IMG/VR virus record: IMGVR_UViG_3300022926_000002
Length of the DNA stretch: 64,000 nucleotides
Origin: an uncultured virus (IMG/VR IMGVR_UViG_3300022926_000002)
Taxonomy: Duplodnaviria > Heunggongvirae > Uroviricota > Caudoviricetes
Strand: one strand, 5' to 3'
This document shows, piece by piece, positions 1-9,110 of the stretch (positions within the stretch are counted from its first letter, which is position 1; each line of letters starts with the position of its first letter). The position numbers were made by a program, and so were the translations under genes. A model generated the notes under the pieces. The model was not told the DNA's origin and searched no databases. It saw only the letters and a list, made by a program, of their open reading frames with translations.

Positions 1-1
1 A

Positions 2-304
2 ATGGCACTTTGGGGAAAAACCGACACATTAGCAGATGTTCCAAAATGGTTGGAAGACGACGCTAATAATACAAACAAATCAAATGATCGCGACAACGCG
101 GTGTTTGTTGACCTTACAGAAGCTGGAGTTGCAGCTAACAGAGCAAAAGGTTTGACAGGTCCGGGCTGGTGGTTGTACCACACATCAAATGGCCGTCATT
201 ATGCAGAATGCTTGGTACCAATGAAAGTATCCGCGGGAGATGCAGGTGACCTTGGTGTAACAGGTGATACTGCTGTTGAAGACTTAATCGTAGCTGATAC
301 TTAA
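2..304 (+). CDS. conserved T4-like phage hypothetical protein (MALWG N-terminus), possibly virion-associated
   Basis: 100-aa ORF whose MALWG start resembles small proteins of marine T4-like phages. Confidence 0.5.
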   Translation: MALWGKTDTLADVPKWLEDDANNTNKSNDRDNAVFVDLTEAGVAANRAKGLTGPGWWLYHTSNGRHYAECLVPMKVSAGDAGDLGVTGDTAVEDLIVADT

Positions 305-320
305 GTAAAGAAAATATAAT

Positions 321-695
321 ATGAAATTAACAGAATCAACCTTTCTGTTATTTGCCGCAAAACATTATGATAATCCACAATGCTCCGACGTATCAGAGTT
401 TGAAGAGGATTTAAAACGTTTTCATTATTTACGAAAACTATTTGGCAGATATAGGCAAGATAAAGATTTAAAAGAAAGGTTGATTCTGAATCACCTGATA
501 ATCATATATAACGTATTCGGTGAACAAGCAACGAGTATTTTGTTTATGAGACTTTATGAATACCATGATTATTTAAAACCGTTTGTTGAATACTTAAACT
601 TCATGCCTACGGTTATTGAATATGATGGGATTATTATACACAAGGATAGTATTGTGTCTGATAAGTGTATTAAAGAAAAACTCGAAGGAATTTGA
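321..695 (+). CDS. conserved T4-like phage protein
   Basis: YDNPQC...EFEEDLKRF...ERLILNHLIIIYNVFG motif typical of marine T4-like phages. Confidence 0.7.
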   Translation: MKLTESTFLLFAAKHYDNPQCSDVSEFEEDLKRFHYLRKLFGRYRQDKDLKERLILNHLIIIYNVFGEQATSILFMRLYEYHDYLKPFVEYLNFMPTVIEYDGIIIHKDSIVSDKCIKEKLEGI

Positions 696-698
696 CCC

Positions 699-1835
699 AT
701 GGTCGTTGATCTATTTTTAGTTTACCAATTCATCCGCCGTTTGGCTACACCATTTAATAAGTGGGAAGCATATAAGCAAGGTATTATTGATAAAGATGGT
801 AAAGTATTAATCAAATCAAAAGATTTTACAAAAGGTTCTCAACGTAAAGCGTGGGGAATTTTTGATAGAATGATTGCTAACCTTAAAAAGTTGTTGGCAA
901 AGGTACCTGGCGGTAGTTCTCAGTTTGCATCATATGCTGCCGCATTGTTTCTAATTAAAGAATACAAACATTTTACCGATGAATCATTACTAAATGAAGA
1001 ATGGACTGATGAACAATTAGATGAATCAATGCATTTATTTCATATTAGATATAATCATTATACCATACTCTCCGAAAATGTCAATGGTTATTTTGATGAA
1101 CTTGATGAAAAACTTAAAGCATCAGATGATATGGGTGTGTGGGTAAAAGATTTTCAGAAATCAGATGCACCACAATTCAAAGGTAAATCTCAAAAGAAAA
1201 GACAACAAATGGCCGTTGCTGCAAAGCTTGACGCAATGGATGAAGAATTACAAGAAGGCGCATTTAAAAGAATAGCACAAGTGCAATCAAATAAAGCAGA
1301 TCGTATGGCTTCAAACGACAAAAAAGGTTTGGATACGTATAAGAAAAAACCAAAAACTGAAATTAAAGAAGCTGCTTCTCCACGTTGGAAAAAAGCTGGA
1401 CCAAACGGCGAAATACAAGCCACTATTGGTGGAAAGAAATATCAAATAGAAAAATCCTTAGATCACAATGAACGCCATAAAGGTGAGTGGAAAGTTATGG
1501 TTTGGGATAAGCGTAGAAACAGCTGGGAGTGGGAAACCACTGAGTACGGTAAAGCCAACGCTAAAGATTGGATTATGGATAGACTAAAAGAATCAGCTAC
1601 TAATATGCGTAATATAAAACTTGTTAATAAAATCAAGAAGTCTGGTGTTGTAAAATCTGGTTCTATGTCACAGAATGATCCCAAAAAATCTGTTGATACA
1701 AAACCTGAAATTACAGAAGAAATGCCAGCCAATGCAGTAAGTACCGGTGCAATTGCTAATATGGATGCGTCGGGAATTGATAACAAAAAGAAAAAGAAAA
1801 AGATTAAGGATATGATGAGGAGAACCCTACAATGA
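699..1835 (+). CDS. conserved T4-like protein with Lys/Glu-rich modular C-terminus; putative internal head protein
   Basis: N-terminal TPFNKWEAYKQGIIDKDG domain; repeated L/I-x-E sites (LNEE, LQEG, IKEA, LKES, ITEE). Confidence 0.55.
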   Translation: MVVDLFLVYQFIRRLATPFNKWEAYKQGIIDKDGKVLIKSKDFTKGSQRKAWGIFDRMIANLKKLLAKVPGGSSQFASYAAALFLIKEYKHFTDESLLNEEWTDEQLDESMHLFHIRYNHYTILSENVNGYFDELDEKLKASDDMGVWVKDFQKSDAPQFKGKSQKKRQQMAVAAKLDAMDEELQEGAFKRIAQVQSNKADRMASNDKKGLDTYKKKPKTEIKEAASPRWKKAGPNGEIQATIGGKKYQIEKSLDHNERHKGEWKVMVWDKRRNSWEWETTEYGKANAKDWIMDRLKESATNMRNIKLVNKIKKSGVVKSGSMSQNDPKKSVDTKPEITEEMPANAVSTGAIANMDASGIDNKKKKKKIKDMMRRTLQ

Positions 1836-2689
1836 TTACTATAGAGCAATTTAGCGCTATGATCCCAACTAACAAAGATCCACAACCGTGGTTTGATGCG
1901 GCAGTGGAAAAGTTTGATGAATATAACATTAATACTCCAAATAGAATTGCAGGCTTTATGGCACAGTGTGCTCATGAGTCAGCAGACTTTACACGTTTAA
2001 CTGAAAACCTTAACTATTCGGAAAAAGCATTGAACTCGGTGTTTAGTCGCTATTTCGGAAAAGGAAAACGAAATGCTAAAGAATACGCTCGAAACCAGGA
2101 AAAGATTGCAAACTATGTCTATCAAGACGAGTTTAGATCCAAGCGAGGAGCTTTGGGAAACACTGAACCCGGGGATGGCTGGCTATTTAGGGGTAGAGGT
2201 ATCAAACAGCTTACGGGCAGAAATAATTACGCGGCTTTTGGAAAGTCCGTTGGAATGTCAGCCGAGGAAGCTGCAGAATATGTAGCAACACCAAAAGGTG
2301 CTATTGAGTCAGCATGCTGGTTCTGGGCATCTAATAAACTCGACAAATATGCCGATAATGGTGATAATGTGGGGTTGACAAAAAAGATTAATGGTGGTAC
2401 AATTGGATTAGATGACCGTAACCGTCGTTGGGAATCAGCCTTAGCCATCCTCGGTGGTGAAATGCCTGCACCTAAAAAAGCAGCACCTAAGAAAGCTGCA
2501 GGTGTGCGTACACTACGCAAAGGTATGAAAGGTGATGACGTTGCTAAAATGCAAAAGGCAATTGGTGTAGGAGCTGATGGCGATTTTGGATTTGGAACTC
2601 TTACTGCTGTTAAAAAATGGCAAAAGATGAACGGATTGGTTGCAGATGGTATTGTAGGTCCTGCTACACAAGCAAAGATGTTTAAATAA
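1832..2689 (+). CDS. GH19 endolysin with C-terminal peptidoglycan-binding domain
   Basis: AQCAHES, ENLNYS, FRGRGIKQLTGRNNY, TKKINGG; C-terminal LRKGMKGDDV..Q..ADGIVGPAT PG_binding_1 motif. Confidence 0.9.
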   Translation: MITIEQFSAMIPTNKDPQPWFDAAVEKFDEYNINTPNRIAGFMAQCAHESADFTRLTENLNYSEKALNSVFSRYFGKGKRNAKEYARNQEKIANYVYQDEFRSKRGALGNTEPGDGWLFRGRGIKQLTGRNNYAAFGKSVGMSAEEAAEYVATPKGAIESACWFWASNKLDKYADNGDNVGLTKKINGGTIGLDDRNRRWESALAILGGEMPAPKKAAPKKAAGVRTLRKGMKGDDVAKMQKAIGVGADGDFGFGTLTAVKKWQKMNGLVADGIVGPATQAKMFK

Positions 2690-2726
2690 ATAAATAAATG
2701 ACGGAATTAAACAAAGGAGACACAAA

Positions 2727-2939
2727 ATGTCACTAGAGAAAATTGTAGAAGCGGCAATGTCTGAAAAGCCATTGGATCTGAAAGAAGCATTTGAAGCTGA
2801 AGTTGAAGAGCGTATTATGGCTGCATTGGCAGAGAAATACAAAAAAGCAATGGAAGCAAAAGATGAAGACGACGACGATGAAGATGATGACGATGAGGAC
2901 GAAGATGATGATGACGATGAGGACGAAGACGAAAAGTAA
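2727..2939 (+). CDS. small acidic protein, gp67-like prohead core candidate
   Basis: 70 aa, helical N-terminus and poly-Asp/Glu tail; RBS AAGGAG; ATAAATA upstream. Confidence 0.5.
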   Translation: MSLEKIVEAAMSEKPLDLKEAFEAEVEERIMAALAEKYKKAMEAKDEDDDDEDDDDEDEDDDDDEDEDEK

Positions 2940-2952
2940 GTCTTCTTAACAT

Positions 2953-3402
2953 ATGGCAAAACTATATCTGTTACTTATTGTCTGTGGTTTAATTGGTGGT
3001 GTAGGATATGGTGCTAAATCATATTATGAATGGTCGGAAGCAACCATTTCAACACTTCGTACTAATAACGTTCAATTAGCATCTGCGGCGGAAACTCTAC
3101 AAAATACTGTAGACACAATGGCCGCAGATGCAGAACGTAACGAAAAACTCAATCAAAACCTGACAGCGCAACTAAATGAATCACGAGAGTATTTAAATAC
3201 TTTGCGTGCTAAATTTGCGCGAATTGATTTAACTATGGAAGCGCTAACTGACGCGCAAAATTTGGAAGAAAGGGTAAACAATGCTGTTGAAAGACTTATC
3301 AGTGATATTGCCGATGAAACTACTCCTCCTAGTGCTGTTGATGATACTCCTAACAGCATGCTCGGGGAGGACAGTGGAACCGACAGTAGTAACGTCGACT
3401 GA
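2953..3402 (+). CDS. i-spanin (Rz-like)
   Basis: N-terminal TM helix, coiled coil, overlaps a lipoprotein gene, downstream of endolysin. Confidence 0.7.
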   Translation: MAKLYLLLIVCGLIGGVGYGAKSYYEWSEATISTLRTNNVQLASAAETLQNTVDTMAADAERNEKLNQNLTAQLNESREYLNTLRAKFARIDLTMEALTDAQNLEERVNNAVERLISDIADETTPPSAVDDTPNSMLGEDSGTDSSNVD

Positions 3403-3658
3403 ATACATCCAGCAAAACATTCCTATTCAAGGTAGGCCGGCTAAAGTAGATTTTCCGCCTGTAGATTGGTATGTTATCACCGAAGAAAATTTGGAAGAAA
3501 AGATTGATGAAATTGAAGCTCAACAAGGATCTGTTGTTGTTTTTGCTGTAACATCAAAAGGATACGAAAATCTTGCATTAGGTATTGCTGAATTGCGTCG
3601 CTATATTAATGAACAAAAAGCGATAATTGTGTACTACGAGGAAGCATTAAAAGAATAA
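3314..3658 (+). CDS. o-spanin (Rz1-like) lipoprotein
   Basis: MKLLLLVLLMILLTA-C lipobox from ATG 3314; overlaps 3' end of the i-spanin. Confidence 0.75.
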   Translation: MKLLLLVLLMILLTACSGRTVEPTVVTSTEYIQQNIPIQGRPAKVDFPPVDWYVITEENLEEKIDEIEAQQGSVVVFAVTSKGYENLALGIAELRRYINEQKAIIVYYEEALKE

Positions 3659-3661
3659 ATA

Positions 3662-3690
3662 TTGACAATACTATAGATTTGTGATACATT
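3662..3690 (+). promoter_or_regulatory. sigma70-type promoter
   Basis: TTGACA-N17-TACATT. Confidence 0.55.
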
Positions 3691-3771
3691 TAAGGGGAGC
3701 ATAGTGTTTGTTTTCTTTTTTTATTTAATCACAGGTGATTTGCAGGCACCTAAAGTAAAAAGGCTAGAAAA

Positions 3772-4260
3772 TTGGCACAATCTAATTGGGAAACAGATAT
3801 CGCCCTAATAAAATCGGATATCAAGCAAATACAAAAATTCTTTAACAGAGTTGAAGATTCTATGGACATGATGGCAGAACTGTCTAAAAACGTTGCTGTT
3901 CAAAATGAAGTCCTAGATAACACTAAAGATAAGTTAGATGATGTTGAAAAGCTGTGCGAAGAAACAAAACGCACCGATGAACTACGCATGAATGTTTTAA
4001 GTGATAGACTTGAAGAGTATAGACGATCTTCAAGAGAGGATCATCAACGTTTAGCAGATCATAATGCAGATAAGCGAAATAACCACGTCAAAGAAATATT
4101 AGACAAAATTGACAACATGGAAAAATCAGTACATCAAAGAATTAACGACCAACAAAAAAAGATCAATCATCTTGAGAACTGGCGTTATTATATGATGGGT
4201 ATTGGAGCTGTTGTTTTAATTTTCATTGCGAGAGTAAATTGGCCAGAATTATTTGGTTGA
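3772..4260 (+). CDS. coiled-coil protein with C-terminal TM helix (XhlA-like, holin candidate)
   Basis: TTG start, long coiled coil, then LENWRYYMMGIGAVVLIFI hydrophobic tail. Confidence 0.5.
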   Translation: MAQSNWETDIALIKSDIKQIQKFFNRVEDSMDMMAELSKNVAVQNEVLDNTKDKLDDVEKLCEETKRTDELRMNVLSDRLEEYRRSSREDHQRLADHNADKRNNHVKEILDKIDNMEKSVHQRINDQQKKINHLENWRYYMMGIGAVVLIFIARVNWPELFG

Positions 4261-4285
4261 CAAACCTTTAAATCTGTAATATTAT
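4257..4285 (+). promoter_or_regulatory. sigma70-type promoter for primase
   Basis: TTGACA-N17-TATTAT. Confidence 0.65.
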
Positions 4286-4317
4286 AGATTTATACATTAA
4301 CAATTGAGCTTTATATT

Positions 4318-5334
4318 ATGGTTGACTTTACAGAGCTGAAGTATGCCCAGATGTTATCTGGCCGACTCGAAAACTTCAGAATACGCAACACCAATCCTTA
4401 CAAAATCAACTTTCGTTGTCCCATATGTGGAGACAGTCAAAAGTCACGTTCAAAATCACGTGGGTGGTTACTCGAGTCAAAAAATACGTTTCACTTCTAT
4501 TGTCATAACTGTGCTTCAAGCCAAAGCTTTTCATTCTTTTTGAAAGGTCAGGATCAAGTATTGTATAATGACTATATAGCTGAAAAGTTTGTTGCGAATA
4601 CTCATTCAAAATCTACTAAGGATGATGATAATACCGAACAGTTTAAAACTAAGGCACCAACCTTTAATAAGACTAACCCGCTATCAAAGATTAAAAAGGT
4701 TAGTCAACTAAAGTTCGACCACCCAGTCAAAAAATATATACAGCAACGGCAAATACCACCTCACCAACATTATCGTTTGTATTATGCTCCTAAGTTTAAA
4801 ACATGGATTAATAGTGTAATACCAAACAAGTTTGAAAATGTTGGTAAAGATGAGCCACGCCTAATCATACCTTTTCTTGATAAGAACGGTAAATGTTTTG
4901 GCGTATCAGCTCGTGGGTTTAGTGATTACGGAATGCGTTATATAACTATTATGTTTGAGGACAGACCTAAGATATTTGGCCTTGACAAAGTAGACTTCAA
5001 TGATGTATATTATATTACAGAAGGTGCAATTGATTCTTTCTTTTTACAGAATGCTGTAGCAATGGCAGGCGCCGAAGGTAATACAAAAGGTGTTGATAAT
5101 ACTGATAATGCCGTATTTGTTTTTGATGCTGAACCACGTAATAAAGAAATACACAAGCGTATGGAAAAGGTAATTGAGGCAGGTCTTGGTATCTGTATTT
5201 GGCCAAGTAATTTGCCGGGCAAAGACATTAATGAAATGGTTCTTGAAGGTATAAATGCCGAAAAGGTAATCGAAGAAAACACATATAGAGGCTTAACTGC
5301 AAAATTAAAATTTGCTGATTGGCGTAAAACATAG
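4318..5334 (+). CDS. gp61: DNA primase (T4 gp61)
   Basis: NFRCPICGDS..CHNC zinc finger, ITEGAIDS, FDAEPRN, KDINEM TOPRIM motifs. Confidence 0.95.
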   Translation: MVDFTELKYAQMLSGRLENFRIRNTNPYKINFRCPICGDSQKSRSKSRGWLLESKNTFHFYCHNCASSQSFSFFLKGQDQVLYNDYIAEKFVANTHSKSTKDDDNTEQFKTKAPTFNKTNPLSKIKKVSQLKFDHPVKKYIQQRQIPPHQHYRLYYAPKFKTWINSVIPNKFENVGKDEPRLIIPFLDKNGKCFGVSARGFSDYGMRYITIMFEDRPKIFGLDKVDFNDVYYITEGAIDSFFLQNAVAMAGAEGNTKGVDNTDNAVFVFDAEPRNKEIHKRMEKVIEAGLGICIWPSNLPGKDINEMVLEGINAEKVIEENTYRGLTAKLKFADWRKT

Positions 5335-5344
5335 AGGAACTAAA

Positions 5345-6013
5345 ATGAAAACCAGACTTATTGGATATACTCAACCTGTAGAAGGTGAAATCATTGGACT
5401 TGATAATGTTCAAGATTTGATTGCATACTGTGCTCGAGTATCAAACCCGAGTAATCAATTGAACCAAGAAACGGCACCTAAGTTGCTATCCTATCTTGCA
5501 AAGCATGCTCATTGGTCACCATTTGAAATGGCAAATGCGACATTAGAAATTGAAACAACGCGGGATATTGCGCGTCAGATGTTACGTCACCGTTCGTTTG
5601 CCTTTCAAGAATTTAGTCAACGATACGCCGATCCGAGAGATATGGATAACACTTTTGTAATGCGTGAAGCACGTCTACAGGATCTCAAAAACCGTCAGAA
5701 CAGCATTGACTCAGATGATGAACGGTTGCAAATGATGTGGGAATCAAAGCAAGGTGAAGTTATCCGTGCTGCAAAGGATGCATACAATTGGGCCATTGAA
5801 AACGGTATTGCAAAAGAACAGGCACGTGCTGTATTACCCGAAGGTAATACCATTTCTCGTTTGTATATGCAAGGTTCTATTCGTTCATGGATCCATTATA
5901 TTGAACTGCGTTCAGCAAACGGAACTCAAAAAGAACATATGGAAATTGCCCGTGAAGTTGCTTGCGCTATATCCAAAATATTTCCAGTGATTGATACTTA
6001 TGTCCAAAAATAA
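5345..6013 (+). CDS. thyX: flavin-dependent thymidylate synthase
   Basis: HWSPFE and RHRSFAFQEFSQRY signature; ATG 5345 with GAGG RBS. Confidence 0.95.
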   Translation: MKTRLIGYTQPVEGEIIGLDNVQDLIAYCARVSNPSNQLNQETAPKLLSYLAKHAHWSPFEMANATLEIETTRDIARQMLRHRSFAFQEFSQRYADPRDMDNTFVMREARLQDLKNRQNSIDSDDERLQMMWESKQGEVIRAAKDAYNWAIENGIAKEQARAVLPEGNTISRLYMQGSIRSWIHYIELRSANGTQKEHMEIAREVACAISKIFPVIDTYVQK

Positions 6014-6164
6014 ATATTTTTATATACCGGAAAATGGTTTCTGGAATGATAAATATGAGTACCATGGCAATCTATGGTAAGAATAATCCCTATTAGCACA
6101 AAATATGCCACATCCTCAAGGTGCGGTTTTTCTGTCCTTAACACATACGAAAGAGGTTCACCGA

Positions 6165-7439
6165 ATGTTTGACTCCCGAGCACTACCTAAAGATATAGTA
6201 AATTACGTTATTAAACGTGACGGATCAACAAAGAGTTTTGATTCAAGTAAGATTGCATATGCGGTTAATAATGCTATGAAAGCAATTGGTATTCGAGCAA
6301 AATCCTTACCTGGTGAAATTGCATTTGAAGTTACAAAAAGTATTAACGAAGATGCTGAGGATGTTATTGTTGATGTTGATACAGTACACAAAACAGTTGA
6401 GAACGTGATGATGGATATGGGATTACACGACTTAGCTCGTGAGTATATCCTTTTTCGTTTTAACAACCAACCTGACATTTTCCGTAAACGTACAAACCTT
6501 AAACCATATGAGTATCCGCAACTCGTTGAGTATACTGATGCTATCCGACATTCATATTGGGTACATACCGAGTTTAATTATTCGTCCGATATCCAGGATA
6601 TGAAAGTGCGTATGACTGAGTCTGAGGTTGATATTGTTAAAAAAGCAATGCTTGCTATCTCACAAATTGAGGTACAGGTAAAAACATTTTGGGCAAAGAT
6701 TGGTGATAAATTTCCTAAGCCTGAAGTACAAGGTGTTGGTGTAACATTTGGTGAATCAGAAGTACGCCATGCCGATGCCTATTCTAATCTCATTGAAATT
6801 ATGGGTCTCAATGATGAATTTGAAAAGGTTGTAGAAATTCCTGCAATGAAAAAACGCATTGCCTATCTTGAGCAATCAATTGCAGCACCTGTTGATAATA
6901 AGGATTACTTCCATAAGATTATCCTATTCTCAATGTTTGTTGAAAACGTATCACTGTTTTCACAATTTCTAATTATGATGGCGTTTAATAAACATAGAAA
7001 TTTACTTAAAGGTATTTCTAATGCTGTTGAGGCAACATCAAAAGAAGAAGATATCCATGCTCGTTTCGGATTTGAGCTTGTAAACATTATCCGTGAAGAA
7101 AATCCTGATTGGTTTGACAAAGATAGTATTGCTGAAGTCAACCGCCTGTGCCGTGATGCATTTAAAGCAGAGTCTGCAATTGTTGATTGGATCTATGGTG
7201 ATGCCGATCTCGATTTTCTACCTAAAGCGACTGTCAAAGAATTCCTAAAGCATCGTTTCAATCAATCATTAAAGGCAATTGATATGAAGCCTTTATATGA
7301 TGTTGACGAGGAAGCCGTAAAGAGTACTGATTGGTTTGTTGAAGAAATTTTGAGTACAAAGAATATTGACTTCTTTGTTAAACGCTCAACTGCATATTCA
7401 AAGAAAACCAAGGCATTCACCGAAGATGATTTATTTTAA
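6165..7439 (+). CDS. nrdB: ribonucleotide reductase beta subunit with N-terminal ATP-cone (class Id-like)
   Basis: VIKRDG..FDSSKI..AREYI ATP-cone; ferritin-like QIEVQVKTFW, ESEVRHADAY, VENVSLFSQF, EEDIH. Confidence 0.92.
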   Translation: MFDSRALPKDIVNYVIKRDGSTKSFDSSKIAYAVNNAMKAIGIRAKSLPGEIAFEVTKSINEDAEDVIVDVDTVHKTVENVMMDMGLHDLAREYILFRFNNQPDIFRKRTNLKPYEYPQLVEYTDAIRHSYWVHTEFNYSSDIQDMKVRMTESEVDIVKKAMLAISQIEVQVKTFWAKIGDKFPKPEVQGVGVTFGESEVRHADAYSNLIEIMGLNDEFEKVVEIPAMKKRIAYLEQSIAAPVDNKDYFHKIILFSMFVENVSLFSQFLIMMAFNKHRNLLKGISNAVEATSKEEDIHARFGFELVNIIREENPDWFDKDSIAEVNRLCRDAFKAESAIVDWIYGDADLDFLPKATVKEFLKHRFNQSLKAIDMKPLYDVDEEAVKSTDWFVEEILSTKNIDFFVKRSTAYSKKTKAFTEDDLF

Positions 7440-7451
7440 AAGGAAAACACT

Positions 7452-9107
7452 ATGAGAGATTTTTATTGGCTAAACGAAGACTCAAGGACATTTTTATCAA
7501 GAGGTTATTTGAGTAAAGGTGAAACAGCTAAGCAACGAATTAGAGATATTGCTGATAAAGCTGAAGAGTACTTGGATATCAAAGGATTTAGTGACAAGTT
7601 TTATGGGTATATGAGTAAAGGTTATTATTCATTAGCGTCACCTGTGTGGGCAAATTATGGTAAAGAACGTGGTTTGCCTGTATCTTGTTTTGGATCATAT
7701 ATTGATGATAGTATGCAATCAATTTTATTTGGGCATGCTGAAAATGGAATGCTAATGAAAAACGGTGGTGGCACGTCAGGTTACTTTGGTGCTGTCCGTG
7801 GGCGAGGTGCTGAAATCACAGATCAAGGTGAGTCGTCAGGTTCAGTACATTTTATGCAGATGTATGATACATTGGCATCAGTTGTATCACAAGGTTCTGT
7901 CCGTCGTGGTTTCTTTGCAGCATATCAAGATATTGAACACCCCGATGCTGATGAGTTCCTTGACATTGCAACAGAAGGTAATCCTATTCAAGGGTTAACA
8001 ACAGGCATTACTGTTTCCGATAAGTTCATTAAAGAAATGAAAGATGGTGATCCACAGAAACGCGCATTGTGGGCAAAAGTTTTACAGCGCCGTTCTGAAG
8101 TTGGTTTTCCATATATTCTGTATTCTGATAATGTAAACAATGGCCGTCCTGATGTTTATAAAGATAAGGATATGAAAGTACACGCATCTAATATGTGTGC
8201 TGAAATCGCATTACCGTCAAGCGCCGAAGAAACATTTACTTGTGTTCTATCATCACTAAATTTATTACATTGGGATGAGATTAAAGAAACCGATGCAATT
8301 GAAACTTTGGTTATGTTCCTTGATACTGTATGTCAAGAATTCATTAATAAGACTGAAGGTCAAATTTATATGAAACGTGCTCGTGACTTTGCTATGAACC
8401 ATCGGGCATTAGGTGCAGGTGTACTAGGTTGGCATTCCTATTTGCAATCAAAGATGATTGCTTTTGAATCAAAAGAAGCAGCACAGCTCAATGTTGAAAT
8501 TGCTAAAACATTCCATGATAGATCATACGCGGCATCTGCTGAACTTGCGGACAAACTTGGTGAACCACCTTTGCTAAAAGGTTATGGCCGTCGTAATTCA
8601 ACAACAATGGCAATTGCTCCGACTAAATCATCAAGCTTTATTTTAGGCCAAGTATCACAATCAATTGAACCTGAGTTTAGTAACTGTTATGTTAAAGACT
8701 TGGCAAAAATGAAAGTGACAATTAAGAACCCGTATCTTTTGAAACTGTTAAAGAAAAAAGATCAGGATAAATCAGAGGTTTGGGAATCAATTCGTAATGC
8801 TGATGGATCAGTACAACATTTGATCTTTTTGTCTGAGGAAGAAAAAGAAGTATTCAAAACATTCTCAGAAATCAATCCATACACAATTATTGACCAGGCT
8901 GCTATTCGTCAACAGTATATTGACCAATCACAAAGTTTAAACTTGATGCTTGATCCTGACCTTTCAGTTAAAGAAATCAATGCGTTGTACCTATATGCTC
9001 ATGAGATGGGTGTTAAAAGTTTGTATTATAGTTATTCTATGTCAGCAGCACAATCATTAACACGGAAACGAGTTTCATCAATGGAGTGCGCAGCCTGCGA
9101 AGCATAA
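7452..9107 (+). CDS. nrdA: ribonucleotide reductase alpha subunit (short, no ATP-cone)
   Basis: LPVSCF, SNMCAEI, CVLSSLNL, AIAPTKSS, DQSQSLN, KSLYY, C-terminal CAACEA. Confidence 0.95.
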   Translation: MRDFYWLNEDSRTFLSRGYLSKGETAKQRIRDIADKAEEYLDIKGFSDKFYGYMSKGYYSLASPVWANYGKERGLPVSCFGSYIDDSMQSILFGHAENGMLMKNGGGTSGYFGAVRGRGAEITDQGESSGSVHFMQMYDTLASVVSQGSVRRGFFAAYQDIEHPDADEFLDIATEGNPIQGLTTGITVSDKFIKEMKDGDPQKRALWAKVLQRRSEVGFPYILYSDNVNNGRPDVYKDKDMKVHASNMCAEIALPSSAEETFTCVLSSLNLLHWDEIKETDAIETLVMFLDTVCQEFINKTEGQIYMKRARDFAMNHRALGAGVLGWHSYLQSKMIAFESKEAAQLNVEIAKTFHDRSYAASAELADKLGEPPLLKGYGRRNSTTMAIAPTKSSSFILGQVSQSIEPEFSNCYVKDLAKMKVTIKNPYLLKLLKKKDQDKSEVWESIRNADGSVQHLIFLSEEEKEVFKTFSEINPYTIIDQAAIRQQYIDQSQSLNLMLDPDLSVKEINALYLYAHEMGVKSLYYSYSMSAAQSLTRKRVSSMECAACEA

Positions 9108-9110
9108 ATT

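Noticed and set aside
2513..2959. Poly-Ser - strand ORF
   Set aside because: Reverse complement of the GAY/GAR acidic tract.
6090..6115. NrdR box upstream of nrdB
   Set aside because: Poor match to the palindromic consensus and no tandem copy.
5312..6164. Upstream start codons given by the ORF track for thyX (5312) and nrdB (6105)
   Set aside because: RBS position and domain boundaries favour 5345 and 6165.
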